Shown in pieces: positions 8,316-18,024 of a stretch of DNA of 64,000 nucleotides. Each line of letters starts with the position of its first letter. Position 1 is the stretch's first letter. The translations under genes were made by a program, and so were the position numbers. A model generated the notes under the pieces. It was given only the letters and a program-made list of their open reading frames with translations, made no database searches and was not told where the DNA came from. Source of the DNA: Vulcanimicrobiota bacterium (GTDB lineage Bacteria > Vulcanimicrobiota > Vulcanimicrobiia > Vulcanimicrobiales > Vulcanimicrobiaceae); contig CAWGBN010000006.1 of the NCBI GenBank assembly GCA_963820825.1, positions 288,001 through 352,000 of the forward strand. Reading direction: 5' to 3'.

Positions 8316-11066
8316 CTACAAGCGGTAACGCAGCCGAATCAGCGCCGTTTGAGCGAGCGGAAAGGCCTCGGGAACGTAACCGTTCGTTCCATAGTTCCAT
8401 GGAACCGCGGGCGTCCGGCCGTCGTTGGTCGGGATGCCGTTGCCCAGCGTGTAAAGACACTTCTTGCAATACTGCGACCCGTAGGCCCTTTGGTAGTAGG
8501 GATCGCCGCCGGTATATCCGGGAGGGCCGATGAGGTATGGGTTTCCCTGCAGTTGCGTCGGCGTAGCGACCGCGAGGAGATTCACGACGTCGAGCATCGC
8601 CGTCAAGTTCGGCGTAAGGTCGTACTCGACGTGGAGCGAGGTCATCCATTGCGGCGTCGTCCGCAGCGTGTTTGGATCGGCGCCCTCCGGCGTTCCCAGC
8701 GTTGCGACGTACGGGTTGGTCTGGGCGTTGAACGGCCGGTTGGGGTTCTTCAGAAAGTAATAGTTGTAACCCGGATCGACGTAGTTGTCGTTTGGAACTT
8801 GCGTCGGCACGCCCTTGATCGTCTGCCAAATCGTCGTGCCGTTTCCGTACGGGTAGCCGCTCTCGTAGGAGAGCGCCGGAGTAAGCCGCAGGCGACGGCG
8901 ATCGAACCCGATTTCGTACGACGCCGTGCTCGTAAGCGCCGGTATATAGTTTACCGGGAAGAGATGCCCGGCCAGAACCGCCGGCGCGTTCAAGTCGTTG
9001 AACGCGAACTGATAGATGCTCGACGAGAACGTCCGATTGTAGTTGGCGGCGAGCGTGAAGTGTCCCCTGCTTGCCCAGAGTTCGAGTCCGTGTGAACGCA
9101 GCTGGCCCGCGTTGGTCGGCACCCCGATGGCGTTGGGATTCTCGCCGGCGTTGGCCGCACTGCGAAAGTTCGTCGGCAGCACGTCGATGACGTTCTTTTC
9201 AAACTGCGCGAAGTACGAGAGCCGAATCTGCGTGGCGCCGCCGTGCTCGTAGGAGATCTCAAAAAGGTCGGCGGTTTCCGGGGCGAGCGAAAGGCTCGGC
9301 ACCGCACCGCCGGCGTTCGAACCCGAATCGTCGCTGCAATCCTGCGCGGGGGTACAGGTGCGCTGTACTTCCAGGGGCAGCGGCGGCGTTGAGGTGTGGT
9401 CGAAGTTGAAGCGGAATCCGTTGAGCCCGGCAAAGGTATAGGCCAGCGCGAGATGCGGGTCGACCGCGCCGTTGCCGTAGATCACGTTCGTGCTCGTGTG
9501 CGAGTGCTGACCGATGTAGCGCAGCGAGCCCATGATCGAGAAGTGCGGCGTTATGCTCCACGTATCGCTGACGTAAGCCAGGTATTGATTTAGGCGCGGC
9601 GCGGCGGTGATGATCTGCGGTACGGTCGGGACGATCTGATAGATGCTGCTCGTGTTCACGTCGTACTGCGCGCCTGCGCGAACGTCGTGCCTCTCTCCGG
9701 CCTGGTCTTCGAAATCGTAGCCGAAGCCGTCTTCGCGTTGGTATTGCGTCGAGTAGAGCGAGATGACGCCGTCCGGGAAGGAGAGATCGTCCCATTCGGG
9801 CCCGTTTGCGACGGCGCCGGTCTGTGATTGAAAGACTTGAAAGCGCCCCAGCGAGTGCCGCCAGTCGTGAACCCATTGCAGCTTCTCCACGCTGTACGTT
9901 CCGCGTGCGAGCGAGGGCGTATCCACCTGCTGATTCGGATTTGCCGGCTGGCCGGGGAATGCGACCCCCGGCGCACTGAACGTCGACCACTGCAACCCTT
10001 CGTAGGGAGAATCGTACTGCTGATAGGCTGCGGCGCCGGTGAGGAATGACGCCGAAAGATCGTCCCTCGCCGTAGCGGCAAAGTGCAGGTTCCCGGCGAT
10101 CGCGTACTGGGAGCGGGTCTGAAATCCCAAGCCGTACGTGCCCTGCTCGGCCGGGTAGAACGTATGCCCGTCGCCGTATGCAAAATACTCCTGGCCGACG
10201 GTCGACGACAGAGCGTAGCGCCACTTTAGGTCGGGCGTCGCAGCCTGTTCGCTGAACTTCATCTCACCGAGCTGCGCGCCGATTCCGTCTCCGATTTCGA
10301 AAGTGGTCTTCCCGGGATAGCTCCCAACGAGCGGGACCTCGTTGACGACACCGCCGAGCGCATTTTGACTCTCGTCGCTGTACCCGCCCAACGTCACGGT
10401 TGCGGCGCCGACGCCGGTGGTTCCGAGCTGCGCCCCGACGATGTTCCCGCCCGGCTCGGCGATCAATCCTTGTGGAATTGGAACGGAATCGTAGTCGTAC
10501 ACGGTATCCTGCACCTTGCCGCCGCGGACGATGACATTCGCAAACGTATCTTGCTGTATTCCGGGTACGTTCGATATCGCGCCTTGAACCGTGTCGCGCG
10601 AGTAATTGGCGAGTCCGGAGGACGAGGCTTGCGGAGTTCCCGCTTGCGCCTGTTCGCCTGCGACCGAGAAGACGTCGCTCGTGCTCCCGACCGCAAATGC
10701 GTGGCTCTGGGCTTGCACCTTAGCGATCTCTTTCATCGATGGACGCAGCACGAGCGCGACCTCTTCGTGTTCTCCGGGTATTACGACGATGGTAATGCTG
10801 GCCGGCTCGTAGCCCCCAAGCTCGGCTTTGATCGCGTACGTATCGGGCGTGACCCCAAGAACCGTGAACCGTCCTGCGGGGTCGGTCGTCGATCGATAGC
10901 GGCCCGACGGGGCCAGCAGCGTTACCGTGACGCCGGTCAAGGGCCTTCCGGACGTCGTCGTTACGGTGCCGAGGACCGTCCCCGACGATAACTCAGCCGC
11001 TTGCGTAAAAATCGGAACGAGTGCGATTGCGACAGACCCGCAAACCGCGCGCGCGAAAACTCGCAT
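8316..11066 (-). CDS. TonB-dependent receptor with N-terminal carboxypeptidase-regulatory-like domain
   Basis: Signal peptide from ATG 11066 with GGAG RBS; GTV..G..L.GVTV..TD..GRF..PDTY domain; plug-like VRGG and GGVVNEV; beta-strand barrel ending LRYRL. Confidence 0.85.
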   Translation of the reverse strand: MRVFARAVCGSVAIALVPIFTQAAELSSGTVLGTVTTTSGRPLTGVTVTLLAPSGRYRSTTDPAGRFTVLGVTPDTYAIKAELGGYEPASITIVVIPGEHEEVALVLRPSMKEIAKVQAQSHAFAVGSTSDVFSVAGEQAQAGTPQASSSGLANYSRDTVQGAISNVPGIQQDTFANVIVRGGKVQDTVYDYDSVPIPQGLIAEPGGNIVGAQLGTTGVGAATVTLGGYSDESQNALGGVVNEVPLVGSYPGKTTFEIGDGIGAQLGEMKFSEQAATPDLKWRYALSSTVGQEYFAYGDGHTFYPAEQGTYGLGFQTRSQYAIAGNLHFAATARDDLSASFLTGAAAYQQYDSPYEGLQWSTFSAPGVAFPGQPANPNQQVDTPSLARGTYSVEKLQWVHDWRHSLGRFQVFQSQTGAVANGPEWDDLSFPDGVISLYSTQYQREDGFGYDFEDQAGERHDVRAGAQYDVNTSSIYQIVPTVPQIITAAPRLNQYLAYVSDTWSITPHFSIMGSLRYIGQHSHTSTNVIYGNGAVDPHLALAYTFAGLNGFRFNFDHTSTPPLPLEVQRTCTPAQDCSDDSGSNAGGAVPSLSLAPETADLFEISYEHGGATQIRLSYFAQFEKNVIDVLPTNFRSAANAGENPNAIGVPTNAGQLRSHGLELWASRGHFTLAANYNRTFSSSIYQFAFNDLNAPAVLAGHLFPVNYIPALTSTASYEIGFDRRRLRLTPALSYESGYPYGNGTTIWQTIKGVPTQVPNDNYVDPGYNYYFLKNPNRPFNAQTNPYVATLGTPEGADPNTLRTTPQWMTSLHVEYDLTPNLTAMLDVVNLLAVATPTQLQGNPYLIGPPGYTGGDPYYQRAYGSQYCKKCLYTLGNGIPTNDGRTPAVPWNYGTNGYVPEAFPLAQTALIRLRYRL

Positions 11067-11118
11067 CGTGTCTGTGGTCTCCTCTCGCCGGGAGACCGCA
11101 CGCTGCGAGCTCCCGGAT
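11067..11118 (-). promoter_or_regulatory. Putative translational attenuator (two alternative hairpins) over the receptor RBS
   Basis: Minus strand: CCGGGAG (11116-11110) pairs with CTCCCGG (11094-11088); alternatively GGTCTCC (11097-11091) pairs with GGAGACC (11082-11076), which holds the RBS. Confidence 0.6.
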
Positions 11119-11775
11119 TTAGGTTGCGAAGTAGGTGAAGAGAACGAAAGGAGGCGGGGCGCGCAGGCCGGCACAACGGCCGGCGATTCCAAGTGAAACG
11201 CGAGTAACGCGTCGGTCGAGGGCATCGGACGCGGTGGCTCGAGATGCCGACGCGATTTGCAAGAGCCGCCGCAGAAACTCGACGATAAACGCAACGACGA
11301 CGGTGCTTGCGTTCCTGGCGACGCGAATAGCCGCGCGCAGCGCGCAGTACACGATCGTGCCGGTAAGAACGATTGCGACGAGCAAGACCAGCGTATGCGA
11401 GAGGACGACCGAGCGTGGATCGAACGGCGATATGCCGCCAAACCTGGTCTCGTAGCCTTCCATAACGACGATACAAGCCATACTTCCGCAGAACGCGCAA
11501 GCGAGATCGATCCCTCGCGAGAGAACGTTGCCCATCTCAAGCAGAAGCGGGTCGCGCGCAGCTACCCGCGCGGAGGCGAGGAATAGCGTCAACGCGAGGA
11601 TGATGATTGCGCCGAGAAAGAACGCGGGAAGGAGCGCTTCATGCTGGTTGTCGTGAAGGCACTTCCCGAGAAGGCCGGCGTTCTGCGCAGACTCCGTCGC
11701 CGCATCACCGAGTGCTGCGGCCAAAATGGCGACGGCCGCCACGGCGGTGCAGCGGACGATGGCTAAGCGCACCAT
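11119..11775 (-). CDS. Membrane protein with C-terminal RAPP motif; putative ribosome-arrest leader
   Basis: Several TM segments, CLHDNQH and CAFC motifs, GLRAPP ten codons before the stop, 52 nt upstream of the receptor. Confidence 0.65.
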   Translation of the reverse strand: MVRLAIVRCTAVAAVAILAAALGDAATESAQNAGLLGKCLHDNQHEALLPAFFLGAIIILALTLFLASARVAARDPLLLEMGNVLSRGIDLACAFCGSMACIVVMEGYETRFGGISPFDPRSVVLSHTLVLLVAIVLTGTIVYCALRAAIRVARNASTVVVAFIVEFLRRLLQIASASRATASDALDRRVTRVSLGIAGRCAGLRAPPPFVLFTYFAT

Positions 11776-11987
11776 CTGCTAAATGCTCGCAGAGGCATTA
11801 CCCGGCATAAAGGGGCGTTCGCTTCGCCAACGGGCCCTCCCCTCCGCATGGGCGAGATGGCGCATGCCGGCCCGGAAGGAGCCCCCAGCCCTCCAAAGAA
11901 CCCCCCGCTCCTCCCGCTCGTTTTTACGAGCGGACGCTCAGTTTTACCCAAAGCCTCTTAGCTGACAGAATCGGAGAAGCCAATCTG

Positions 11988-13052
11988 ATGCGAAAACAGT
12001 CAATTCTGACGAGCGCGGTGACGGCGGCCGTCGCGGTCGCGCTGCTATCCGCGTGCTCCAGCGGCGTCTCGCAGGGCACCAACGCCGGCCTCCCCTCAAG
12101 CGGCGCAAGCCAGAGCCGGGGAAACTTTGATCCCGCTCGCTCGGGCGTCGCACCGAAGTTCCTGGGAATGATCGGTCACGCGCACGCGGCCAAGCGTGGC
12201 GTCAGCCCGGCCTTTACCAACCACGTCGTCTACATCGACGACTTCGGGACGGGCAACGCCCAGGTGATCAAGTACAACCACTGGACGACCAACGAAGGAA
12301 CGATCAGTGCCGGCATGAACGGCCCCGACGGAAACTGGGTCGACAAGCCGGTCGCGGGCGTTCGTCACCTCTACGTTGCCAACTACGCCAATCCGAACAT
12401 CACCGAGTACGATACGGCCGGGAATCTGGTCTTCACGTACACCGCCGGCATCACCGACTCGGTCGGCGTGACGACGGATAAAAACGGCAACGTCTACGAG
12501 GCCGACTACGCCCTCGGCGCGTCGGGCGTTGGGTTCGTCAACGAGTACGCGCAGCAAAGCAACACCGTCGTGGCGACCTGTTCGCCCGGCGGCAACGTCG
12601 AGGGCGTGGCGGTCGACAAGCACCTCAACGTCTTCGTCGCCTACAACGTCACGTTCGGCACTGCCAACATCGTCGAGTATCACCATCCGTTCTCGGGCTG
12701 CAACGGCACCGTGCTGCCGGTCACGCTGGGCTTCGCCGGCGGCATGGTTCTCGATAAGCGGGGCAATCTCGTCGTCTGCGACCAGATTGCACCGGCGGTC
12801 GACATCATCGCGGCGCCGGCGTACAACGCCATCACCGGAACGCTTGGATCCGGCTGGCTCGATCCGTTCCACGTAACCATCGACATGGCGGGGACGCAGG
12901 CCTACGTGGCCGACGTCGGCGCGGGCACCGTTTCGGTTCTCACCTATCCGGGCGGCTCACCCGTGGCGACGATCAACTCGACGGGAGGTCTCATCCAGGC
13001 GGCGAGTGCGGTCGACGAGCACAATTTGGTTGTAGATAGCCAAGGCCCCTAA
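11988..13052 (+). CDS. Beta-propeller (NHL/SMP-30-like) lipoprotein
   Basis: Lipobox LSAC; repeats GVTTDKNGNVYEAD, GVAVDKHLNVFVA, GMVLDKRGNLVVCD. Confidence 0.8.
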   Translation: MRKQSILTSAVTAAVAVALLSACSSGVSQGTNAGLPSSGASQSRGNFDPARSGVAPKFLGMIGHAHAAKRGVSPAFTNHVVYIDDFGTGNAQVIKYNHWTTNEGTISAGMNGPDGNWVDKPVAGVRHLYVANYANPNITEYDTAGNLVFTYTAGITDSVGVTTDKNGNVYEADYALGASGVGFVNEYAQQSNTVVATCSPGGNVEGVAVDKHLNVFVAYNVTFGTANIVEYHHPFSGCNGTVLPVTLGFAGGMVLDKRGNLVVCDQIAPAVDIIAAPAYNAITGTLGSGWLDPFHVTIDMAGTQAYVADVGAGTVSVLTYPGGSPVATINSTGGLIQAASAVDEHNLVVDSQGP

Positions 13053-13070
13053 ACCGCGGATCGTACCTGC

Positions 13071-13110
13071 AAAAAACGAGAGGCGGCGCGCTAGCGCCGC
13101 CTCTCTTCAT
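13071..13110. terminator. Probably bidirectional rho-independent terminator
   Basis: GAGAGGCGGCGC-GCTA-GCGCCGCCTCTC 12-bp stem between convergent genes; A6 at 13071-13076 gives a U tract on the minus strand. Confidence 0.8.
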
Positions 13111-13127
13111 TGAGTACGCCGAGGCGT

Positions 13128-14181
13128 TTAGGGCAACGTCCGAAATCGCGCGGCCATGCCGAGCTGCAGGTGCACGTTGAGGTGGCAGTGGTAGAGCCAA
13201 ACACCGGGGTTATCGGGAATCATGTCGGCCACCACCATGCCCATTGGGCCGAGCTCGGCCGTATCGGTCCGCATGCCGTTGACGACGACGGTCTCACCGT
13301 GCCAGTGGGGGGCATGAAAGTCGAAGTCACTCATCGTCGTCATCAGGTACCATCGAGTTCGCTCGCCGCGACGAACGTCGATGAGCGGCATGTTCCCGAA
13401 TATATATCCGTTGATCGAATACATTTGGTTATCGTCCACGAAACCTTGACTGCCGGGCTTCACGCCGCTCGGGTTAATCGCGGCATCGGCGACGTTCTCG
13501 TCGAAGAGCCGGCTTTGGCTCTCGTCGATCTCCGCGAACATCGTAAAGATCTCTCGGTCGACGTCGTTTGGGGATCCGTCCGGCTTGGCCGCATCGCGCC
13601 GAGTGACGACGATCGGCCCCACGAGACCGGTGTTTACGTCGCGCAGCTCGTCGGTGTGCGAGTGATACATCCAGAGAATCGAGCTCGGATCCATCGGCCC
13701 GGGCCCGGACCGCTCCGGAACGTCGAAATGGTAGGTGTACGTCGCCCCGGGAGCGACGGTGTCGCCGGGCTTATCGCCGGAACCGCTTCCGTCGCGATAC
13801 GGCGCACCCTCGGAGGCCTTCAGGTAGCGAAGACCGTGCACGTGGAAGCTCAGCGGCAAGTGCGAATTACTTCTTAAACACCACGACCACCGAATCGCCG
13901 ACGACGGCGTGGATCGGCGGTCCCATCGTGCCCATGTAGCGCTGATCCGCGGGGCGCGGCTCGAGCGTTGCGAACGTCGAGTCGGTGTAGCCGTGGTAGA
14001 CCACCTTATGGTAGGCGAAGCCCAGTTGAAACTTGGCCGGTTTCAACGGTGCCCCGGTGAGAACGTTCGTGCCGCTCGGAGCATAGTTCCAGACGACCTC
14101 GTCGGCGGCAATATAATACGTGCGCTCCGCCGCCAGTGCCGGCGTCGTGCAGAGCAAGACGAGAGAGATTATTCGAAGCAT
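13128..14181 (-). CDS. Exported two-domain multicopper oxidase, apparent +1 frameshift near 13870
   Basis: Signal peptide, RTYYIAADEVVWNYAP, MGP.IHAVVGD; then HVHG, WMYHSH, HAPHWHG, YHCHLNVHLQLGM. Removing one base at TTT AAG AAG TAA TTC restores VFKNNSHLP. Confidence 0.85.
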
Positions 14182-14185
14182 GTCC

Positions 14186-14377
14186 TCACACTTTCGGAGC
14201 CTGTTCGTCGGCGAGCCGCGCGGCAATGAAATCGGCAACTTCGCGCGTCTCCGTCACGAAGAGACGCTTGCCTGACGTTACCTCGTGGACCGAGCCGCGC
14301 CAGTGCGCGTCGCCGCAGGATTCCTCGGTCAGCCACATGCGAACGAGGAAGGTGACGTCTCGCCGTTTGGGTTTCAC
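14186..14377 (-). CDS. Small hypothetical protein (63 aa), probably leaderless
   Basis: GTG 14377, TFLVRMW..WRGSVHEV..GKRLFV; ends 4 nt before the oxidase start; a -10 box (TATGCT) ends 7 nt upstream. Confidence 0.65.
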   Translation of the reverse strand: MKPKRRDVTFLVRMWLTEESCGDAHWRGSVHEVTSGKRLFVTETREVADFIAARLADEQAPKV

Positions 14378-14383
14378 GCGCCC

Positions 14384-14458
14384 AGCATAACCGGCCGGCG
14401 TGCCGCCGCCGTGCCGTAAAGCCGCCCGTACGCCAGGAGCACGGCAAGGCCGTACCAT
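14384..14458. promoter_or_regulatory. Divergent promoter pair with SARP-type repeats (site 1)
   Basis: GCGTGCCG 14398 and CCGTGCCG 14409; inverted CCGTACGC 14426 and GAGCACGG 14437; -10 boxes TATGCT (minus, 14389-14384) and TACCAT (plus, 14453-14458), each 8 nt from the outer repeat. Confidence 0.7.
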
Positions 14459-14550
14459 GCTCAAAACCGAACCCTTATGACTGCCGCTTTCGGACCTCGG
14501 ACCGTGTCGGAGCGCGAACCATCAGTTGCGATGACCGTGTAAGACTCGAC

Positions 14551-17500
14551 GTGCGGTTGTTCGGCCAGGCCGACATTCGCTGCGCCGGCGCGCCCGTCAA
14601 GTTCGCGAAACGCTCGACGACGCTCACGATGCTGGCGCTGCTGGTGCTCAAACGCGGCCAGGCCGTTGCTCGCGACTCGTTGGCATTCACGTTGTTCCCG
14701 GAGACCGATGAAGCCGGCGCGCTAGCGGAGTTGCGGCGCTATCTCTATTTGGCGAACAAGGCACTGCCGGCGAGCGATGGCGAGCCGTGGATCGTCAGCG
14801 ATGCGGAGACGGTGCGCTGGAACGATGCGGCCGGCGCGTTCGTCGACGTCTTCGAGTTCGAGCGGCTCGCGGCCGAACCGGAGAGTCAGCGGCAAGCCGT
14901 CGACCTCTACGCCGGGGACTTGCTTGAGAACGTCTACGAGGATTGGGTCGTCGCCGAACGCGAACGGCTGCGCTCGCTCTACCTCGGCGTGCTCGACGAG
15001 TTGATCGGCCGATATCGTGCGGAACGAAACTACGCCGAGGCCATTGCTTGCGCGAAGCGCGTGCTTGCCGACGACGCCTGGCGGGAAGATACCCTGCGCA
15101 TTCTGATGGCGCTGCGCTACGAAATGGGCGATACTGCCGGCGCCCTCGCCGAATACGAGCGATTTGCAAAGCGCCTGCGAGACGAGCTGGCCGTCACGCC
15201 GATGCCTGAAACGGTCGCCGTGCGCCAATCGATCCTCCGACAGGAAGCCGTACCCGGTGCCGTTCGCCCTTCACGCTTCGCGCCGATGACCGAACCCCGT
15301 CGTGGCGCCGGCGCGATTCTGCCGTTCGTGGGACGCAAGAAGGAGCTCGCGGTGCTCTACGGCGCTTGGAGTCGCGCGGCACGCGGCTCTGCCGGTTTTG
15401 TCGTCGTCGCGGGCGAAGCGGGCGTCGGCAAGACGCGCCTCGCCGCAGAGCTCGCGCGAGTCGCTCAATCCGAGGGTGGTAGAGTCTTCGTCGGTACGAC
15501 CGCCTCGCCGGAATCGATGCCATATCAACCGATCGTCGAAGCGCTGCGTTCGGGACTGCCGCTGCTGCTCGCGCGCAATATCTCGCCGGAGCGCCGCATC
15601 GTCTTAGCGCCGCTCCTCCCCGAACTTCGCGATCCCGACGTTCCCGAAGTGCTCTTTTCGGAGACGTCGCCGGAGCGCGCCACGGCACGCATCTACGAAG
15701 CGCTCTCGTTTGCCGTTCGAACGCTGGCATCGCCGCGCCCGCTGCTGCTGGTTCTTGAAGACCTGCATTGGGCCGGTCCGGCGACGATCGAAGCGCTCGG
15801 GAGCATTCTCCGCGATGCGACGCGCTCGCCGATGTTGATCCTTGCGACCTGCCGGCAAGAGGAGACGCCCCTCGCTCATCCGCTGCGAGCACTCGGGCGT
15901 TCCTTGCGCGTCCATTTTAGCGTGGAGGAGTTCGAGCTCGAGCGTCTCGACGAAACGGACGTCAGCGAGTTGGTCGATCGAGTAGAAGGCCTGAGCGGCG
16001 AGCGCGAGGGCCTCGTACGGGCGCTGTACGCGCAAAGCGAGGGCAACGCACTCTTTCTCGATGAGGCGATTAGCGCGATTCTCGAAGATCGCGAGCCGAT
16101 GCTTGGACCGGCAACGATAGCGAGCGTCATCGGTCGACGAATCGCGCGACTCGGTCGCGAGGGCCGCACCGTGGTGGAAATTGCGGCGGTCGCCGGCCCC
16201 GGTTGCAGCGTTCCCTTGATTCGCGACGTTTCCAACCTTTCGAGTACCGCCATCGCGCGCGGTCTCGACGAACTGCTCGATCACCGGATTCTTCGCGAAG
16301 CCGGGGCGCGGGCCGGCTACGACTACGTCTTCAGCCATCATCTGATCGCCGACGCGGTCTACGCGGAGATCGAACCGGCCTTTCGGCAGCAGCGCCATCA
16401 TCGCGTGGCCGAGTGTTTGCAGGCCATATTCGAATCGAGCGGCGCCGGTTCGGCTCGCGAGATCGCGCGCCACTACGAATCGGCCGGGGCCCAAGCGAGT
16501 GCCGCGCACTGGTATCTGCACGCGGCACAAGACGCCGCCCTCGTTCACGCTCACGGTGACGCGATCGAGCTCGCGGGCCGGGCGCTGCAAAACGCTGCCG
16601 AGAGCGACCTTCGCCGAGCAGCGCTCGAAGTGCGCGAAGCGGCTCGAAGCCTTCGCGGCGATCGGCAAGGGCAACGCGATGACATCGACGCTCTCGAAGA
16701 ACTTGCAACGAACGATCCGGTACGCCGGTTCGACGTGTTGCTTCGGCGGGTCTTCCTCGCACGGGCGTTAGGCGATTCGGACGACGAGTATCGCTACATC
16801 GAGCGCCTCGAGCGGCTGGCCACGCAGCTCGGCGATGCCGAACGGGCGCAAGCGCTCACCCAGGCCGCGACGCATCTCAGCCTTTGTAGCCGCTCCGCAG
16901 AGGCGGTCGAGCCTGCGCGCCGGGCGCTCGCGATCTACGAGCGATGCGGGGATCTACGGGGACAGCTCGACTGTCTCTATCTGCTGGTGGAGGCAACGGC
17001 AAACACCGGCGAGTTGGAGGCTGAGAGCGGTTATCTGAGCGCCATTCGCGAGCGTGCGGGGAGCGTCAGCGATCGTGCGGTCGAGGCTCGAGCGCTCCGC
17101 ATCGCGGGCCTGGCCGCCCTTCACCGGCAGGAGTATAAAGATTGCTTCGCGCTCACGGAACGCTCGCTCGCACTCTATATCGAACTCAACGACCGTGAAG
17201 GCGAAGCCGCCGCTCGGGGGCGCTTGGCCGTAACGGCGGCATGGCTAGGGGAATACAGCTACGCTTTGCGCGAGTTCGAGTCGGCGATGCGAATCTACGA
17301 GTCGCTCGGGCATAAGCGCGGCCTCGCGGTCATCCACACCAATCGTACGCTGCTGCTGATGCGCGTCGGCCTGTTCACCGAGGCATTGCGCTCGATCGAA
17401 CGCTCGAACGAGCTCTTCGAGAGAGTTCAAGAGAAGCGCACGGTCGTAGCAAATCTCGTCAACGCGAGTTTCGTCAACGTGCAGTGCGGCGACGCCGCGC

Positions 17501-18024
17501 AAGCTAAGGCGCTGGCATCGTCGGCGCTGGAAATCGCGCGAGAGATGGCCTATCCGGTCTTTGAAGCCGCCGCGCTCGCGAATCTAGGAAACGCCGAGCG
17601 ATTAGCCGGCGAGCTCGGTGCCGCGATCGCGCACATGGAAGCGGGTCTGAGCATTCGCAGGTCGGTTCAGGAAGCACGCGACTTCGTCGACGATCTCGCC
17701 GACTTGACGCTGGCATACGTCGACGCGGGCCGAAACGATCGCGCGCTGGCGATCGCGCGAGAGCTGCTCGACGTAGGAATGAGTTCGTTCGAGGGCGCTT
17801 TCTGGCCCCAATACGCTTGGTGGGCGGCGGCGCACGGGCTCGCTGCGGGCGGTGCAGAGAGCGAAGCGCGCGACGCAATGGTGCACGCGCACCGCGAGCT
17901 CGACGCCTTTGCCGCACGAATCGCCGACGAAGCGACGCGCACGGCATTCCTGAGCGTGCCCATCAACCGTTCGATCGCCGAAGAGGCTCTACCGGCGGGC
18001 GGTCAACGTGCCGGCGAATGCTGA
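14551..18024 (+). CDS. SARP/BTAD-family regulator with AAA ATPase and TPR region
   Basis: N-terminal wHTH and BTAD (VDVFEFE..LY.GDLL..W..ERERL..RE..LM..G..AL..YE), Walker A GEAGVGKT, LEDLHWA, FSHHL, TPR-like C-terminus. True start may be further upstream (ATG 14477 lies in another frame). Confidence 0.92.
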   Translation: MRLFGQADIRCAGAPVKFAKRSTTLTMLALLVLKRGQAVARDSLAFTLFPETDEAGALAELRRYLYLANKALPASDGEPWIVSDAETVRWNDAAGAFVDVFEFERLAAEPESQRQAVDLYAGDLLENVYEDWVVAERERLRSLYLGVLDELIGRYRAERNYAEAIACAKRVLADDAWREDTLRILMALRYEMGDTAGALAEYERFAKRLRDELAVTPMPETVAVRQSILRQEAVPGAVRPSRFAPMTEPRRGAGAILPFVGRKKELAVLYGAWSRAARGSAGFVVVAGEAGVGKTRLAAELARVAQSEGGRVFVGTTASPESMPYQPIVEALRSGLPLLLARNISPERRIVLAPLLPELRDPDVPEVLFSETSPERATARIYEALSFAVRTLASPRPLLLVLEDLHWAGPATIEALGSILRDATRSPMLILATCRQEETPLAHPLRALGRSLRVHFSVEEFELERLDETDVSELVDRVEGLSGEREGLVRALYAQSEGNALFLDEAISAILEDREPMLGPATIASVIGRRIARLGREGRTVVEIAAVAGPGCSVPLIRDVSNLSSTAIARGLDELLDHRILREAGARAGYDYVFSHHLIADAVYAEIEPAFRQQRHHRVAECLQAIFESSGAGSAREIARHYESAGAQASAAHWYLHAAQDAALVHAHGDAIELAGRALQNAAESDLRRAALEVREAARSLRGDRQGQRDDIDALEELATNDPVRRFDVLLRRVFLARALGDSDDEYRYIERLERLATQLGDAERAQALTQAATHLSLCSRSAEAVEPARRALAIYERCGDLRGQLDCLYLLVEATANTGELEAESGYLSAIRERAGSVSDRAVEARALRIAGLAALHRQEYKDCFALTERSLALYIELNDREGEAAARGRLAVTAAWLGEYSYALREFESAMRIYESLGHKRGLAVIHTNRTLLLMRVGLFTEALRSIERSNELFERVQEKRTVVANLVNASFVNVQCGDAAQAKALASSALEIAREMAYPVFEAAALANLGNAERLAGELGAAIAHMEAGLSIRRSVQEARDFVDDLADLTLAYVDAGRNDRALAIARELLDVGMSSFEGAFWPQYAWWAAAHGLAAGGAESEARDAMVHAHRELDAFAARIADEATRTAFLSVPINRSIAEEALPAGGQRAGEC

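Noticed and set aside
11067..11540. N-terminal extension of the 1074-aa receptor ORF
   Set aside because: Overlaps the RAPP gene; signal peptide and RBS point to ATG 11066.
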